Shown: positions 61,848 through 64,000 of the stretch, one piece after another | Numbering within the stretch: the first letter of the stretch is position 1 | Layout: every line of letters begins with the position of its first letter | Source of the DNA: Mobula hypostoma | Taxonomy: Eukaryota | Assembly: GCF_963921235.1 (NCBI RefSeq) | Contig: NC_086097.1 | Span: forward strand, 191,148,001 to 191,212,000 | DNA length: 64,000 nt | Direction of reading: 5' to 3' | Made by a program: the position numbers and the translations under genes | The notes under the pieces: generated by a model | Told to the model about the DNA's origin: nothing | Databases searched by the model: none | Seen by the model: only the letters and a program-made list of their open reading frames with translations

Positions 61848-64000
61848 TTTTTCTTCTTCTTCATCTATTTCCAGCTGTTTAGACACATCTAGGTGTATTA
61901 CAGCCCTCCGCATGATGTACAATTAATTATAGAACTTCAAAGAACTCAAATTCTCGAATACAAACTAGTCTTACGTATAAACTGAATAATAGACTCTTCA
62001 ATCAAATGTTGATTCTCTTGATGGCCAAACAAAGATTTAATAGAGAACCAAAATAAATTTAAGCCAGATAGCCTCTTGAACAACAGGCTTCGTTCAATTT
62101 TGTATCGATTACAACTCAGCAAAACATGCTGGACTGTCTCTGGACTACCACAGTCACACAATCCAGTAGGATGTTTTCCTATTATCCTTAAATAATAGTT
62201 TAACCCACAATGCCCCAACCTAAGTCTTGTAAGTTTCACCATAACTCTACGACTTAAAAGGTAACAGTCTGAGACCTTTTCAACTAGTGGGTGACTAGAA
62301 AAATAACGCCTGCCCCTTAGTTCATTTTTTCAATCCTCCTGCCACTTCTTCTCTATACCTTTTTCAATCCTACTTCTCAATTCTGCTCTGCCCAGGGGAA
62401 CTCTAATTTCTACTTGCCTACTCTGTAAGGAAGACTTTGCAATGCCATCCACAATTTCATTTCCCTCCACCCCAGCATGCCCAGGTATCCATGAAAATCT
62501 AACTGCACAACCCATCTTCCTTACTCTAAACAAAACTAAGAATCTCAATAACTATGTCAGGACGAGCTTTTAATTTACTCCCTTTCATAGACTCTAAGGC
62601 AGCAGCAGAATCTGAACAGATGATAATCCTATGTGGTCGAGAGTCTTCTATCCACCATAAGGCCCGGAGGATTGCTAATAATTCTGTTGCAAAGACAGAA
62701 ACACCATCTGAAACCCGGTGACCAAATGTAACTCCAAGTTGAGACACATACATCCCAAATCCTGCCCTACTTCTCTCTGGGTCCACTGAGCCATCAGTGA
62801 AAATCTTCAGATAAGATCCCCATTTATTATTTAAATATTCATTTGTGATCAACGCTGATGAAATTTCACTGCTTCCTTTAAGCTGAAAAGGGAGGAATAG
62901 GTCTACTTCTGGTTCTGGAAAGAGTCAAAAAGGGACGGGTGGCAAGCAAATGAAGCAAATTTGGTCAACTATGTCTTCCTCAGTCAGTTTCAATTTCACA
63001 TCCCAGTTATTAACCAAATCTAAAAATGGGTATCTTTTAATTTTACTTTGGCGCTCCGACTTCCCCTGCAAAAGACACTTTGATGGACAGCTGTGATTGA
63101 ATCCATTTAGTTTTACCCAATACTGCAGGCCCAACTGAATTCGTCTTAAATGCAGAGGCAGTTCTCCCATCTCCACACATAATGCCGGGACTGATGTTGT
63201 TCTAAAAGCTCCACAACAGAGTCTAAGTGCTTTGGACTGCACAGTGTCTAGTTTTCCAAGCACTATGGTAGCAGCGAAACCATAAGCAATACAACTATAA
63301 TCTATAACTGACCTAATCATTGCTAGATATATTAAGTACATAGTTTCCTGCCCTGCTCCTCAGTTGCATCCAGCAATACTTCTCATAACATTTAAAACTT
63401 TCTCACACTTTCCAATTGTTTTATCTATATGAACCCTCCAAGTAAGTCTTTCATCAAACCAGACACCTAAAAACTTGAATACCTTGACTCGTTCTAGTGG
63501 AGAATCATATAGACACAATTCACAATTAGGAATCTTTCTTCTAAAGCCAAAAATCATGTATTTGGACTTAGAAGCAGAAATCCTAAAACCCCATTTATTA
63601 GTCCAGTTTTCCACTGATGTTAAAGCCTTTTGTACCTGCCTTAATATATACTTGATGTTTCTTCCTCTTTTCCAATTGCACCATCATCTGCAAACAATGA
63701 TTTGCCAAATCTTGTCCCTACCTGATCAAAGATATTATTTATCATGACATTAAAAACTGGACTAATGACACTTCCTTGAGGGGTATCATTACCTATTTTA
63801 ACTGACTTGGAGCTTGTTCCATCTGTTCTTACTTGAATTTCCCTTTCCTTAAGAAAATCTTTGATCCAGTTAAACATTCTACTTCTAATTCCCACATCAT
63901 AGAGTTTAATTAATAAACCATCCTTCCATAGTGAGTCGTACACTCTTTCAATATCTAGAAATACACTTCTCTATTTTGAAATGCTTTTTTAATATCATAA
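61848..64000 (-). mobile_element. I-group (Nimb/Ingi-like) LINE with RT, RNase H and CCHC finger; decayed, runs off the right edge
   Basis: TPQGSVISP, SLFADD (RT); IFTDGS, TELLAI, ICSDS, WIPGHAGVEGNE (RNase H); LTRLRLGH and CDCGSPETVQHVLLSC; (AAG)n tail. Confidence 0.9.

Overview
Eukaryotic, repeat-dominated genomic window with no recognisable host protein-coding gene. The repeat content (CR1, Rex1/Babar, Penelope-like elements, V-SINE-type SINEs with CR1-like tails, Gypsy, hAT-Charlie, RTE-BovB-like, an I/Nimb-type LINE) suggests a cartilaginous fish such as a ray or shark; this is an inference. Most long ORFs are transposon-derived or chance antisense frames. Main points of interest: (1) Penelope-like elements carrying minimal hammerhead ribozyme motifs, including a 2.6-kb head-to-head inverted element and two tiny (143 and 164 bp) inverted, TSD-flanked mini-elements; (2) two apparently identical ~2-kb CR1 copies with intact RT frames, convergent and 17.7 kb apart; (3) a 105-bp unique-sequence duplication whose edges coincide with AG/GT splice signals, plus a weak phase-compatible chain of minus-strand candidate exons; (4) SINE/LINE tail partnerships, a ~630-bp non-autonomous retroelement family, and a solo-LTR family with different internal VNTRs. 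Family names come from motif recognition by eye, not database searches. Coordinates of degenerate elements are approximate.
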